The position numbers and the translations under genes are program-made. A DNA stretch of 64,000 nucleotides from an archaeon (GTDB lineage: Archaea; Nanobdellota; Nanobdellia; Pacearchaeales; GW2011-AR1): assembly GCA_018651925.1 (NCBI GenBank), contig JABIDC010000003.1:12956-76955 (forward strand), in the 5' to 3' direction. Position 1 is the stretch's first letter; the number at the start of each line of letters is the position of its first letter. Below the pieces are notes generated by a model. It did no database searches. It was not told the origin of the DNA and saw only the letters and a program-made list of their open reading frames with translations. Shown piece by piece: positions 38,031 through 46,815 of the stretch.

Positions 38031-38375
38031 TTAACCAACTCTTGAACCATTTTCGATTTCTTTCTCTGGACCAATTAAAACAACTTGAGCATGATCACTA
38101 ATTGAAGCAGCCAAAAGCATTCCCTGACTTTCAATTCCCCTCATCATTCTCGGTTTTAAATTCAAAAACAAAATAATTTTTTTATAATTCAATTCCTCTT
38201 TAGAATAAAATTCCTTAAGCCCAGCACAAATAGTTTTTTCTCCAATCTCTTCCCCAACATCCAAAGTCAATTTATATAATTTATCTGCACCTTCAATATC
38301 CTCCACATTAGTGATTTGCGCAACACGAAAATCAAACTTCATAAAATCACTAAATTCAACAATTCCTTCTGCCAT
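38031..38375 (-). CDS. stand-alone tRNA-binding domain protein (Trbp111/CsaA/MetRS C-terminal domain type)
   Basis: 114 aa OB fold. FDFRVAQITNVEDIEGADKLYKLTLDVGEE...ICAGL...LKPRMMRGIESQGMLLAA. Confidence 0.85.
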   Translation of the reverse strand: MAEGIVEFSDFMKFDFRVAQITNVEDIEGADKLYKLTLDVGEEIGEKTICAGLKEFYSKEELNYKKIILFLNLKPRMMRGIESQGMLLAASISDHAQVVLIGPEKEIENGSRVG

Positions 38376-38405
38376 AAAGAAACTAAATTTCTAAGCTTTA
38401 AAAAA

Positions 38406-39011
38406 TTAACGAGAAAGGCCCACAAAAATTCCCAGATTATTTGGATTCACAGCTTCCATTGAAAAGTTTTTACTTCTCCCATTTAATCTCAGAAGCATTG
38501 CGCGGATAGCGTGATTTGGAGAATTTAAATTTACTGCCATTGCAGGAAAACCACCATTATCAAAACTAACCATCTCCACATATTCATCCGAGACTTTTTT
38601 TCCAGATAAAACTTCTCTCCAAAATAAATTTTCTCTTGCTTCCTCTTCAGTTAATCTCTCTCCAGAAGCATATTTTTGAACTTCAGCAGGAGAAAATTAT
38701 TTTCCTTGAGCAAAATCATAATTCCTAGGAGAAACAACTATTCCTCCCTCAGACATGCTCATTTCTTCGCCTAAAATAAATTCTAAAAAAGAAGAATCTG
38801 CAACCCTTACTCTACCATCCGGATGAAAAAGAACCATACTTCCAAGATAAAAATCTTCTGCAAGCCAATCAGAAATAACCGGGCCATATTTTATTCTTGC
38901 TTGAGCAACATCTTCTCCTTGAGCAATTCTACGATTTGCCTCAAAAACTTTTGTAGCCTCAGAAATATTTCCCCTCCAATAAGGATATTTTGAATCTGCA
39001 TCAAGGTTCAT
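38406..39011 (-). pseudogene. orphan gene interrupted by one in-frame TAA (104 codons, TAA, 96 codons)
   Basis: Hand translation continues in the same frame past the TAA at 38697-38699: FSPAEVQKYASGERLTEEEARENLFWREV...NNLGIFVGLSR, ending at the TAA at 38406-38408. There is no ATG/GTG/TTG in the first 39 downstream codons. Confidence 0.55.
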
Positions 39012-39099
39012 AAAATACTCTACAAAAATATTATTATAAAGATTTATATCTTCAAGAATCTAAAGACCAGGATAATAAAAAGAGAATTTTATCCCAGAG

Positions 39100-40515
39100 C
39101 TATTCAATTTTTTTAAACAAGATCTCACCCTTCACAATACTCTCTGAATTAAATTGATCCACTATTTTTTGTGCAGACTCTGGAATAAAAGGCAACAACA
39201 AATTTGCAACTTCCAAAATTGATTCTTTTAATTCAAACAAAACCCCTTTATCTTTAGTTTCCCAGGGTTTCTTATTCTGAACATAAAAATTACAATCATC
39301 TATAAATTTAAAAATTTCATTTAACGCTTTATCAAACTCAAAACCCCCAATTAAATTCCCAATTTTTTCTTTATCTAACTTTTTAATTAAATTATTTTCA
39401 ACCTTTTCTATTCCATTTTTCTCAATAAGCCCACCAACCCTTGCAACCAAATTTCCCAACTTATCTGCCAGCTCATTATTATGTCTCTCGACCAAAACAG
39501 ACTCGCTAAAATCTCCATCCTGACCAAAAACAAAACCTCTTGCAAGAGAATATCTAATTGCATCGCTTGAATATTTTTTAGCCAAATCAAGTGGAGAAAC
39601 AACATTACCTAAAGACTTAGACATTTTCTTTCCATCAACTGTCAAAAAACCATGAACAGGAATCTCCTTAGGCAAAGGCAATCCCGCAGACAACAACATT
39701 CCAGGCCAAATTCCAGCATGAAATCGAAGCATATCTTTTCCAACAACATGCAAATCCGCTGGCCAATACTTCTTATATTTTTCACCAGGATATCCAACCC
39801 CGGTCAAATAATTAGTCAATGCGTCACACCAAACATACATCACTTGCTCATCATCTTCTGGAACAGGAATACCCCAAGGCAAAACACTCTTATGTCTAGA
39901 GAAGCTTACATCCTGCAAACCATCTTTAATCAAAGCTAAAAATCCATTCTTCCAATGAACAGGAGTAATCTTTAATTCATCTTTTACAATTAAATCTTTA
40001 ATTTGATCTGAGTATTTTGATAATTTAAAAAAATAATTTTCCTCTTCAATTTGATGTATTTCTAAGTTAGGGTGGTCAAGACATTTGCCTTCAACCAAAT
40101 CTTTATCTGTTACAAATCTCTCACATCCAGAACAATAATTTCCAGTATATTTTTTCTTATAAATATCTCCATTCGCTTTCAAAATGTTCCACAGAGCCAA
40201 AACTCCTGGCCAATGTTTTTCTTTATCTGTTGTTCGAATAAAATCATCATTTGAGATATTCAAAACTCTTGTTAGCTCCCTAAATCCAGATGAATTCCTG
40301 TCAACAAAATCTTGAACATCAAGACCTTCTTTTTTAGCAGTTTGAAAATTCTTAACCCCATGCTCATCAGTTCCAGTTAAAAAAAATACATCTTTCCCAT
40401 TCATTCTATTCCATCTAGCCAAAATATCTGCTTGAACAATTTCCAGCGCAAACCCAATATGAGGAAACGCATTTGCATAAGGAATTGTTGTTGTAATGTA
40501 AAATTTATCTTTCAT
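39100..40515 (-). CDS. metG: methionyl-tRNA synthetase (core enzyme, no C-terminal tRNA-binding domain)
   Basis: IPYANAFPHIGF (HIGH-type), Cys knuckle CSGCERF...C, and KMSKSLGN. Confidence 0.9.
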   Translation of the reverse strand: MKDKFYITTTIPYANAFPHIGFALEIVQADILARWNRMNGKDVFFLTGTDEHGVKNFQTAKKEGLDVQDFVDRNSSGFRELTRVLNISNDDFIRTTDKEKHWPGVLALWNILKANGDIYKKKYTGNYCSGCERFVTDKDLVEGKCLDHPNLEIHQIEEENYFFKLSKYSDQIKDLIVKDELKITPVHWKNGFLALIKDGLQDVSFSRHKSVLPWGIPVPEDDEQVMYVWCDALTNYLTGVGYPGEKYKKYWPADLHVVGKDMLRFHAGIWPGMLLSAGLPLPKEIPVHGFLTVDGKKMSKSLGNVVSPLDLAKKYSSDAIRYSLARGFVFGQDGDFSESVLVERHNNELADKLGNLVARVGGLIEKNGIEKVENNLIKKLDKEKIGNLIGGFEFDKALNEIFKFIDDCNFYVQNKKPWETKDKGVLFELKESILEVANLLLPFIPESAQKIVDQFNSESIVKGEILFKKIE

Positions 40516-40550
40516 AAAAAAATCAGAACTTAATCGTATAAAAATTTAAC

Positions 40551-40919
40551 TTATTTTCTTTCATAAGTATTTGCAACATAATCAACTATATTCCCTCTAA
40601 CTCTCTCGACCAAATCATGATCTCTCTTAACTGGCTTTCCTAAACGAAAAATTTCTAAATGCTCTGGAATTGTAACTGAATCCCAACTAGAAAATAAATA
40701 TTTCAAACGACTATCAAAAACTTTCCCTTCAACACTTTCTCTAATTTTTTCTATTCCAGGATTATATCTCACTAATTGAGAAATCAAAACCTGCAGAGAT
40801 TGTGCACGATTTTTATCATCCACTATGACAAAATGATACCTTGCCATTTCTTCATTATCTGGAGATTGCTCCCAATTCCAACGAATGTGCCTGCTATTTC
40901 TTAAAACTCTTCCACCCAT
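40551..40919 (-). CDS. hypothetical protein (orphan)
   Basis: 122 aa, Arg-rich. No motif recognised. Confidence 0.5.
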   Translation of the reverse strand: MGGRVLRNSRHIRWNWEQSPDNEEMARYHFVIVDDKNRAQSLQVLISQLVRYNPGIEKIRESVEGKVFDSRLKYLFSSWDSVTIPEHLEIFRLGKPVKRDHDLVERVRGNIVDYVANTYERK

Positions 40920-40990
40920 AAAACACCTATAAAATTTCTTTTTAAAAAGATTTAGATAATCTTTATTAATAAAAAAATCCTTAAAATTTT

Positions 40991-42373
40991 ATGGTGATTG
41001 AAAAGGATTCTCCGATTATAAAAAAGAAAAAGAAAAAAGCAAGAGACCACAGCATAAAAGAAGGAATTTTTGCTTCAGCAAATTCTGCTTTTGGAAATAA
41101 CTATATTTCTCCTTTTGCAATTGCAATAAACGCGAGCAATCCATTAATTGCATTATTAAGTTCGGTCTCCGGACTATTGGGGCCAATCAGTCAACTAGCA
41201 AGTCCAAAACTTCTAAAAAATAATTCAAGAAAAAAAGTTCTTTCAAGAGCAATGTTAATTGAGGCAATAATTTGGATTCCATTTATCGCCACAGCGATTT
41301 TATTTTACAAAGGGATTTTAGTTGGATACCTCCCATATATTCTTTTATTCTTTTTTGCAATTTCCACCATTGCATTAAATGTGGGGATTCCTGCTTGGTA
41401 CTCTTGGATAGGAGATATTGTTGATGACCGCCACAGAGGGAGATGGTTTGCAAAAAGAAATCTTTTACTTGGATTTGTTACAGTAGTGCTAGCCATCTCT
41501 GCTTCATTCTTTCTTGATTACTTGAAATCAAAAGAATTAGCAATGTTTGGTTTTGCAACTCTTTTCTTTTTAGCATTAATTTTTAGAATTTTATCTTACA
41601 AAGCGATAAGAAAACAATATGAACCAGAATTAAAAAGAAAAAAGAAAAAAGAATCTTCTTTTTTTAAATTTGTAAAAAATACTCCAAAAACAAACTTTGG
41701 AAAATTTACAATTTTCAGGGCATCATTTGCATTAGTTGCTTCAATCTCTGGGCCTTTTTTAGCAGTATATCTCTTAAGATATCTTGAGTTTTCCTATCCC
41801 ACTTATATGATTGTAATAATGTCCAGTACAATTTTTTCTTTATTTGTAATTGAACTATGGGGAAAATTCGCAGACAAATATGGAAATTACAGAACGCTTC
41901 TCTTAACTTCAATTATAACTCCCACAGTTCCAATCTTATGGATTTTAGTTCCTTCTCCAATTTACATGATTTTAGTTCCAGCAGTGATTAGCGGAGTTGG
42001 TTGGGCAGGATTCAATCTTGCTGCAACAAATTTCTTCTATGACAACATTTCTGCAGAAAAAAGAAGTCGAGAAATTTCCTATTACAATTTATTAATCGGA
42101 ATAGGAATATTTTTGGGAGCAAGTTTGGGGGCCCTTTTAATCAAAATCCTTAACACAACTTGGATTGAACCAATAATCTTAATTTTTATAATTGGGTCGA
42201 TATTAAGAATGACTGTAGTTTTTATTTTTCTTCCCAAAATTAAAGAAGTAAGAAAAACCCAAAAATTTAATAGTAAAAGAGTTCTAAAACACATGTTATT
42301 AAAAGAGGCAAAACCTACAATTTCTGAAGAAGTCCACGAAATAATGTCAATCAGGAAATATTTAGAAGTTTAA
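40991..42373 (+). CDS. MFS-type transporter
   Basis: 460 aa, about 12 TM segments, with the loop motif DDRHRGRWFAKRN between TM2 and TM3. Confidence 0.7.
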   Translation: MVIEKDSPIIKKKKKKARDHSIKEGIFASANSAFGNNYISPFAIAINASNPLIALLSSVSGLLGPISQLASPKLLKNNSRKKVLSRAMLIEAIIWIPFIATAILFYKGILVGYLPYILLFFFAISTIALNVGIPAWYSWIGDIVDDRHRGRWFAKRNLLLGFVTVVLAISASFFLDYLKSKELAMFGFATLFFLALIFRILSYKAIRKQYEPELKRKKKKESSFFKFVKNTPKTNFGKFTIFRASFALVASISGPFLAVYLLRYLEFSYPTYMIVIMSSTIFSLFVIELWGKFADKYGNYRTLLLTSIITPTVPILWILVPSPIYMILVPAVISGVGWAGFNLAATNFFYDNISAEKRSREISYYNLLIGIGIFLGASLGALLIKILNTTWIEPIILIFIIGSILRMTVVFIFLPKIKEVRKTQKFNSKRVLKHMLLKEAKPTISEEVHEIMSIRKYLEV

Positions 42374-42419
42374 AAGTTTCCTCCAAAGATATTTAAATTG
42401 TACAAATCTAAAATAAAAT

Positions 42420-43061
42420 ATGTTTAATAAAGACAAATGTCCAAAATGTGAAAAAAAAGTTAATAAAAATAATAGCTTTTGCTCTAATTGTGGAAAACAA
42501 TTAAGAGAGATAAAAATGAAAAAGAATGGTATGCTCGGAGAAAATGATTTTATTGAAAATAAACAAACAAATTCAAATGGCATTCTGGGCAACTTAAATG
42601 ATAAAATGTTAAATAAAATGTTAAATGGGGCAATGAAAATGTTGGAAAAGGAAATGCAAAAGGGAATGCAAGGAGATTTAAAAAAAATGCCAAAAACTAA
42701 AGTTAAAATAATGCTTAATGGAAAAGAACTTGGTTTGAATGGCGCACCCAAGGTTGTTCAAAATCAACCAAAAAAAATTATTCTCCCAAAAAGAATTCTA
42801 AAAAATTTTGCAAATCTAAGAAAAACAGAACCAAAAACAAAACTAAAAAGATTAGGAGACACAATAATTTATGAAATTGAACTGCCCCAAGTAGAATCAA
42901 TAGAAAACATTTCAATTATTCAATTAGAAAGCAGTATTGAAATAAAAGCAGTTTCAAAAGAAAATGCATATTCAAAATTAATTCCAATTAATCTTCCAAT
43001 TACTAATTTTAATTTCTCAAATGAAAAACTAATTCTTGAAATGAATCAAATTCAAAATTAA
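42420..43061 (+). CDS. zinc-ribbon protein with C-terminal Hsp20/alpha-crystallin-like domain
   Basis: CPKCEKK...CSNCGK ribbon, a Met/Lys/Asn-rich linker, and C-terminal IYEIELPQVESIENISIIQLESSIEIKAVS...EKLILEM. Confidence 0.55.
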   Translation: MFNKDKCPKCEKKVNKNNSFCSNCGKQLREIKMKKNGMLGENDFIENKQTNSNGILGNLNDKMLNKMLNGAMKMLEKEMQKGMQGDLKKMPKTKVKIMLNGKELGLNGAPKVVQNQPKKIILPKRILKNFANLRKTEPKTKLKRLGDTIIYEIELPQVESIENISIIQLESSIEIKAVSKENAYSKLIPINLPITNFNFSNEKLILEMNQIQN

Positions 43062-43065
43062 AATT

Positions 43066-43085
43066 AGGCTGCACGGATTGAGCCG
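43066..43085 (-). repeat. degenerate copy of the tRNA-Ile 3' end
   Basis: The minus strand reads CGGCTCAATCCGTGCAGCCT, versus CGGTTCAAATCCGTGCAGCCT in the tRNA. The 14-nt core AATCCGTGCAGCCT is exact (43066-79 versus 43167-80). Confidence 0.8.
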
Positions 43086-43164
43086 AATATTTATTACAGA
43101 AATATTCGACATGGCACCTGAAAATAAATTTCATTCACCAAACAATGTTCAAATCCTAAAAAAA
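43086..43164 (-). other. conserved tRNA-trailer element (two hairpins), homologous to 14174-14247
   Basis: The minus strand reads T7-AGGATTTGAACATTGTTTGGTGAATGAAATTTATTTTCAGGTGCCATGTCGAATATTTCTGTAATAAATATTCGGC. Hairpins at 43119-43133 and 43082-43110. Confidence 0.6.
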
Positions 43165-43239
43165 TGAGGCTGCACGGATTTGAACCGTGGACCCCTGCCT
43201 TATCAGAGCAGTGCTCTAGCCAGACTGAGCTACAGCCTC
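43165..43239 (-). tRNA. tRNA-Ile (anticodon GAU)
   Basis: 75-nt cloverleaf folded by hand: GAGGCTG/CAGCCTC acceptor, anticodon arm CTGCT-CTGATAA-GGCAG, T arm CACGG-TTCAAAT-CCGTG, discriminator A. Confidence 0.9.
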
Positions 43240-43262
43240 ATATATTTATGAAATAAGATGTT

Positions 43263-43274
43263 GGTTATTTAAAG
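43263..43274 (-). promoter_or_regulatory. TATA-like box for tRNA-Ile
   Basis: The minus strand reads CTTTAAATAACC, centred about 30 nt upstream of the tRNA 5' end. Confidence 0.45.
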
Positions 43275-43301
43275 CTTTTTATAAAAATAATAACCCAAAC
43301 G

Positions 43302-43311
43302 CTTTTAAATG
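43302..43311 (+). promoter_or_regulatory. TATA-like box for rpl15e
   Basis: CTTTTAAATG is centred about 25 nt upstream of the ATG at 43331 (leaderless-type spacing). Confidence 0.45.
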
Positions 43312-43330
43312 AATTTTTTCTAAATACATC

Positions 43331-43903
43331 ATGGTAAAAGGATTATATCACTACATTAGACAAGCATGGAAAAAACCAGATAAAACCACTTTGAAAGAAA
43401 GAATGGTTGAATGGAGAAAATCAAATGTATTCACAAAAGTAGAGAATCCTTTAAGATTGGATCGAGCACACGCACTTGGATACAAGGCAAAAAAAGGATT
43501 TGTAATTATTAGAATAAGAGTTAAACGTGGTGGACACAAAAGACCAAGGCCAAACAAAGGTCGAAGAGGGAAAAGAATGCATACCCGAAAAACTCTAAAA
43601 ATGTCTTACAAATGGATTGCAGAACAAAGAGTTGACAAAAAATATCCTAATTTAGAAGTTTTAAATTCATACATGGTAGGAAAAGACGGAATGAATTATT
43701 TCTTTGAAGTAATCTGTGTTGACCCAGACAAACAAGAAATCAAAACAGATAGAACAACTTCTTGGATTACTACAAAAGCTAATCAAACAAGAGCAATTAG
43801 AGGATTAACTTCTGCTGCCACAAAATCTCGGGGACTTAGAAATAAGCATCCAACTTCTAAAGTTCGACCTTCAGTTCGAGCTGGAAAACGTAGAGGAAAA
43901 TAG
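43331..43903 (+). CDS. rpl15e: 50S ribosomal protein L15e
   Basis: 190 aa. YHYIRQAWKKP, LDRAHALGYKAKKGFVIIRIRVKRGG and a basic C-terminus. Confidence 0.9.
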   Translation: MVKGLYHYIRQAWKKPDKTTLKERMVEWRKSNVFTKVENPLRLDRAHALGYKAKKGFVIIRIRVKRGGHKRPRPNKGRRGKRMHTRKTLKMSYKWIAEQRVDKKYPNLEVLNSYMVGKDGMNYFFEVICVDPDKQEIKTDRTTSWITTKANQTRAIRGLTSAATKSRGLRNKHPTSKVRPSVRAGKRRGK

Positions 43904-43919
43904 TTTCCTAAAACTCTCC

Positions 43920-43944
43920 AATTAGGGGTACGTCGAGCAGCGCC
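43920..43944 (+). repeat. GC-rich direct repeat, copy 1
   Basis: AATTAGGGGTACGTCGAGCAGCGCC. 19 of 23 positions match 44678-44700, including the exact 12-mer AATTAGGGGTAC. Confidence 0.7.
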
Positions 43945-44003
43945 ATTTTCTAAAAAATTCTTTTCTCGGCAAATTATATAAAGGATGAATTCTATTTAAT
44001 CTT

Positions 44004-44279
44004 ATGTCAGAAAAAAAAGTTTTTACAACAGAAACTGCAAAAGAAATTGGTGAAAAATTAGGAATTAACTGGAAAAAATTTGATATTGAACAATTTCGCA
44101 TGGGAATGGATATTGAATTAGAACACGGAAAAGTCGATGAAAATACAAACGTGACAAATGATGATCCTTTAATGACTGGGAAAATTGCGCTAGCACATCT
44201 TAATGAATTTAGTGATTATTATACTAGGTTAGAAAAAATGGAAAATGAAGCAGAAGAATATTGGGAAGATCAAAAATAA
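44004..44279 (+). CDS. hypothetical acidic protein (DUF5661-like pattern)
   Basis: 91 aa. MGMDIELEHG...TNVTNDD...KIALAHLNEFSDYYTRLEKME. The family name is recalled from memory, not searched. Confidence 0.5.
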   Translation: MSEKKVFTTETAKEIGEKLGINWKKFDIEQFRMGMDIELEHGKVDENTNVTNDDPLMTGKIALAHLNEFSDYYTRLEKMENEAEEYWEDQK

Positions 44280-44287
44280 TTTTAAAA

Positions 44288-44683
44288 ATGACAGAAAAAC
44301 AAGAAATTTACAAATGTGCAATTTGCGGAAATATTGTTGAAGTTTTGGATAATGGAGTTGGAACATTAGTTTGTTGCAATCAAAACATGAACAAAATGGA
44401 AGAAAAAATTTCCGAAGAAGGAAATGAGAAACATAAGCCAATCTTAGAAAAAAATGAAGAAGGAGTTGAAGTGAAAGTTAGTTCAATTCCACATCCAATG
44501 GAAGATAAACATTTTATTGAATGGATAGAAATAACTACAAAAAATGGAACTTCAAAAAAATTCTTAAAACCAGGAGAAAAGCCAGAGAAAAAATTTCCAG
44601 TTGGAACAGAAATAATAAAAGTTAGAAGCTATTGTAATATTCACGGACTTTGGAAAAATGATGCCCCAGAATTCAGTAATTAG
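44288..44683 (+). CDS. dfx: desulfoferrodoxin (2Fe superoxide reductase)
   Basis: Start at MTEKQEIYKCAICGNIVEV...VCCNQ (desulforedoxin-like Cys4 centre I). The SOR domain has EKHKPIL, HPMEDKHFIEW and CNIHGLW ligands. Confidence 0.85.
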   Translation: MTEKQEIYKCAICGNIVEVLDNGVGTLVCCNQNMNKMEEKISEEGNEKHKPILEKNEEGVEVKVSSIPHPMEDKHFIEWIEITTKNGTSKKFLKPGEKPEKKFPVGTEIIKVRSYCNIHGLWKNDAPEFSN

Positions 44684-44700
44684 GGGTACACCGAGCGGGG
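44678..44700 (+). repeat. GC-rich direct repeat, copy 2 (overlaps the dfx stop codon)
   Basis: AATTAGGGGTACACCGAGCGGGG. Confidence 0.7.
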
Positions 44701-44746
44701 AAAAAACAACCGAACTCTTAAAAACTAATAAATCTTAAATTAAATT

Positions 44747-45082
44747 ATGGTGATAAATCTTTTTCAAGTAATTGCAATTATGGGACTTCTTTGTATCATT
44801 GCCGGAAATCTAATGATTTCTATGAAAAGAAAAATTAGAAGAAGATTTACCTACCCATTACTTTTAATCGGAGGGATTTGTCTTGAAATTTATAGCATCT
44901 ATCTAGGAGATTTTATCTTCATAATACTTCAAGGAGTTTTCATTATCGCTTCTATTTACGGAATAATTAAAATACACAACCAACATTACTCTACGCGAGT
45001 TTCATCAGAGGCAAAGAAAAAAACTCGCCCTTCAGTGATTCGAGGAAAATCGAAAAAAACCAAGGGGTTGTTTTCAAAATGA
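44747..45082 (+). CDS. small membrane protein with basic tail
   Basis: 111 aa, 3 hydrophobic segments. Its stop overlaps the ligase start (ATGA). Confidence 0.5.
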   Translation: MVINLFQVIAIMGLLCIIAGNLMISMKRKIRRRFTYPLLLIGGICLEIYSIYLGDFIFIILQGVFIIASIYGIIKIHNQHYSTRVSSEAKKKTRPSVIRGKSKKTKGLFSK

Positions 45083-46785
45083 AATATATTAAATTAGCAG
45101 AATTCTATAAGGAAGTTTCTTCTACAACAAAGCGATTAGAAAAAACAGCAATCCTTGCAAAATTCCTAAAAGGATTAACAGAAGAAGACAAAGACATTCT
45201 GTATCTTTTAGAAGGAGGAATTTACCCTGAATACGACGAAAGAAAAATTGGAATTTCGGGACAGCTAGCTTTGAAAGCAATTGCTAAAGCAACAGGGACA
45301 CCAAATTCAAAACTTGTAAAAGAATGGAAAGCAATTGGAGACATTGGACTTGTTGCAGAAAAATTTACACTTCATAAAAAACAAACAACTTTGGGTTCAA
45401 CAAAAGTAACCACAAAAAAAGTAATTGACAATTTAAGAAAACTTCCAGAACTTGTTGGTGCTGGAACAGTAAATAAAAAAATTGCATTGATAACAGAATT
45501 ACTAACTTCGGCTGAACCAATTGAAGCACTTTATTTGGTTAGAACATTAATTGGAGATTTAAGAATTGGAGTTCAAGAAGGAACAATCAGAGAAGCTTTA
45601 GCTTTAGCATATTTCAAAGGAGACAAAGAATCTGCAGAAACTATTCAACGAGCAATTGACAAGTCAAATGATTTAGGATTAGTATTTGTAATTGCAAGAA
45701 AAAAGAAATTAACAGATTTGAAAAAAATAAATTTACAACTTGGAAAACCAATAAAAGCCATGCTTGCACAAAAAGCAAAAACAATTGAAGAAGGTTTCAA
45801 AAATGTAGGGAAACCTTGTATGATTGAATACAAATACGACGGATTCAGATTATTAATTCACAAAGACAAAGACAAAGTAACATTATTTACAAGAATGCTT
45901 GAAAACGTAACAAAACAATTTCCAGAAGTAACTGAATATGTAAATAAATATGTAAAATCTGATTCTTGCATTCTTGATTCTGAAGCAGTTGGATTTAATA
46001 AAAAAACAAAAGAATATACAGACTTCCAAGCAATCTCTCAAAGAATTAGAAGGAAACACAATATTGAAGAGTTACAAAAAAAACTCCCTGTTGAAGTAAA
46101 TGTATTCGACATCTTATACTATAATGGAAAATCTGAATTAGATACTCCATTTGAAAAACGTGCCAAGTTAGTAAGAAAAATTTTAAAAGATCATCCTTAC
46201 AAAATAATTTCTTCAAAAACAATGATTTCAAGCGATGTAAAAAAAGTTGAGAAATTCTATAAACAAGCACTGAAGGACAATCAAGAAGGAATCATGATGA
46301 AAGCATTAGATGCCGAATACAAGCCAGGAAGAAGAGTTGGACATATGTTAAAAATCAAACCTTCGGAAAGAGATTTAGATTTAGTAATCACTGGAGCAGA
46401 ATATGGGAAAGGGAAAAGAAAAGGTTGGATGTCGAGTTTCATTTTATCTTGCAAGGGAGATAAAAAAGGAGAATACCTAGAAATTGGAAAAGTTGGAACA
46501 GGAATCGCTGAAAAAGATAACGACATAACTTTTGAATCTTTAACTAAAATGTTAACTCCATTAATAATAAAAGAAAAAGGAAATGAAGTTAAATTAAAAC
46601 CAAAAATAATTGTTGCAGTTACATATCAAGAGATTCAGAAATCTCCAAACTATGAATCAAAATGGGCATTACGTTTCCCAAGGTTCACTGCTCTTCGAAA
46701 CGATAAACCATTATCAGAAATTGCAGACCTAAAGGAAGTACAAGAAGATTTCCTAAAACAAAAAAGAAATTATCGTTATGGATAA
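45079..46785 (+). CDS. lig: ATP-dependent DNA ligase
   Basis: 568 aa. Adenylation motif I EYKYDGFR, then DSEAV, EGIMMK and LKIKP motifs, plus an OB domain. Confidence 0.95.
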   Translation: MKYIKLAEFYKEVSSTTKRLEKTAILAKFLKGLTEEDKDILYLLEGGIYPEYDERKIGISGQLALKAIAKATGTPNSKLVKEWKAIGDIGLVAEKFTLHKKQTTLGSTKVTTKKVIDNLRKLPELVGAGTVNKKIALITELLTSAEPIEALYLVRTLIGDLRIGVQEGTIREALALAYFKGDKESAETIQRAIDKSNDLGLVFVIARKKKLTDLKKINLQLGKPIKAMLAQKAKTIEEGFKNVGKPCMIEYKYDGFRLLIHKDKDKVTLFTRMLENVTKQFPEVTEYVNKYVKSDSCILDSEAVGFNKKTKEYTDFQAISQRIRRKHNIEELQKKLPVEVNVFDILYYNGKSELDTPFEKRAKLVRKILKDHPYKIISSKTMISSDVKKVEKFYKQALKDNQEGIMMKALDAEYKPGRRVGHMLKIKPSERDLDLVITGAEYGKGKRKGWMSSFILSCKGDKKGEYLEIGKVGTGIAEKDNDITFESLTKMLTPLIIKEKGNEVKLKPKIIVAVTYQEIQKSPNYESKWALRFPRFTALRNDKPLSEIADLKEVQEDFLKQKRNYRYG

Positions 46786-46815
46786 GTTAATAAATAATAT
46801 TTAATTAAAAATAAT

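Noticed and set aside
38697-38699. Genome-wide reassignment of TAA as an explanation for the in-frame stop
   Set aside because: About 80 other ORFs in the window end at TAA, TAG or TGA at family-typical lengths, and many of them use TAA. A reassignment would have fused or extended them.
42362-42751. 129-aa minus-strand ORF overlapping the start of 42420..43061
   Set aside because: Its Phe/Leu/Ser/Ile-rich low-complexity sequence is typical of the antisense of a Lys/Asn/Glu-rich gene. The sense ORF has a zinc ribbon and an sHsp-like domain.
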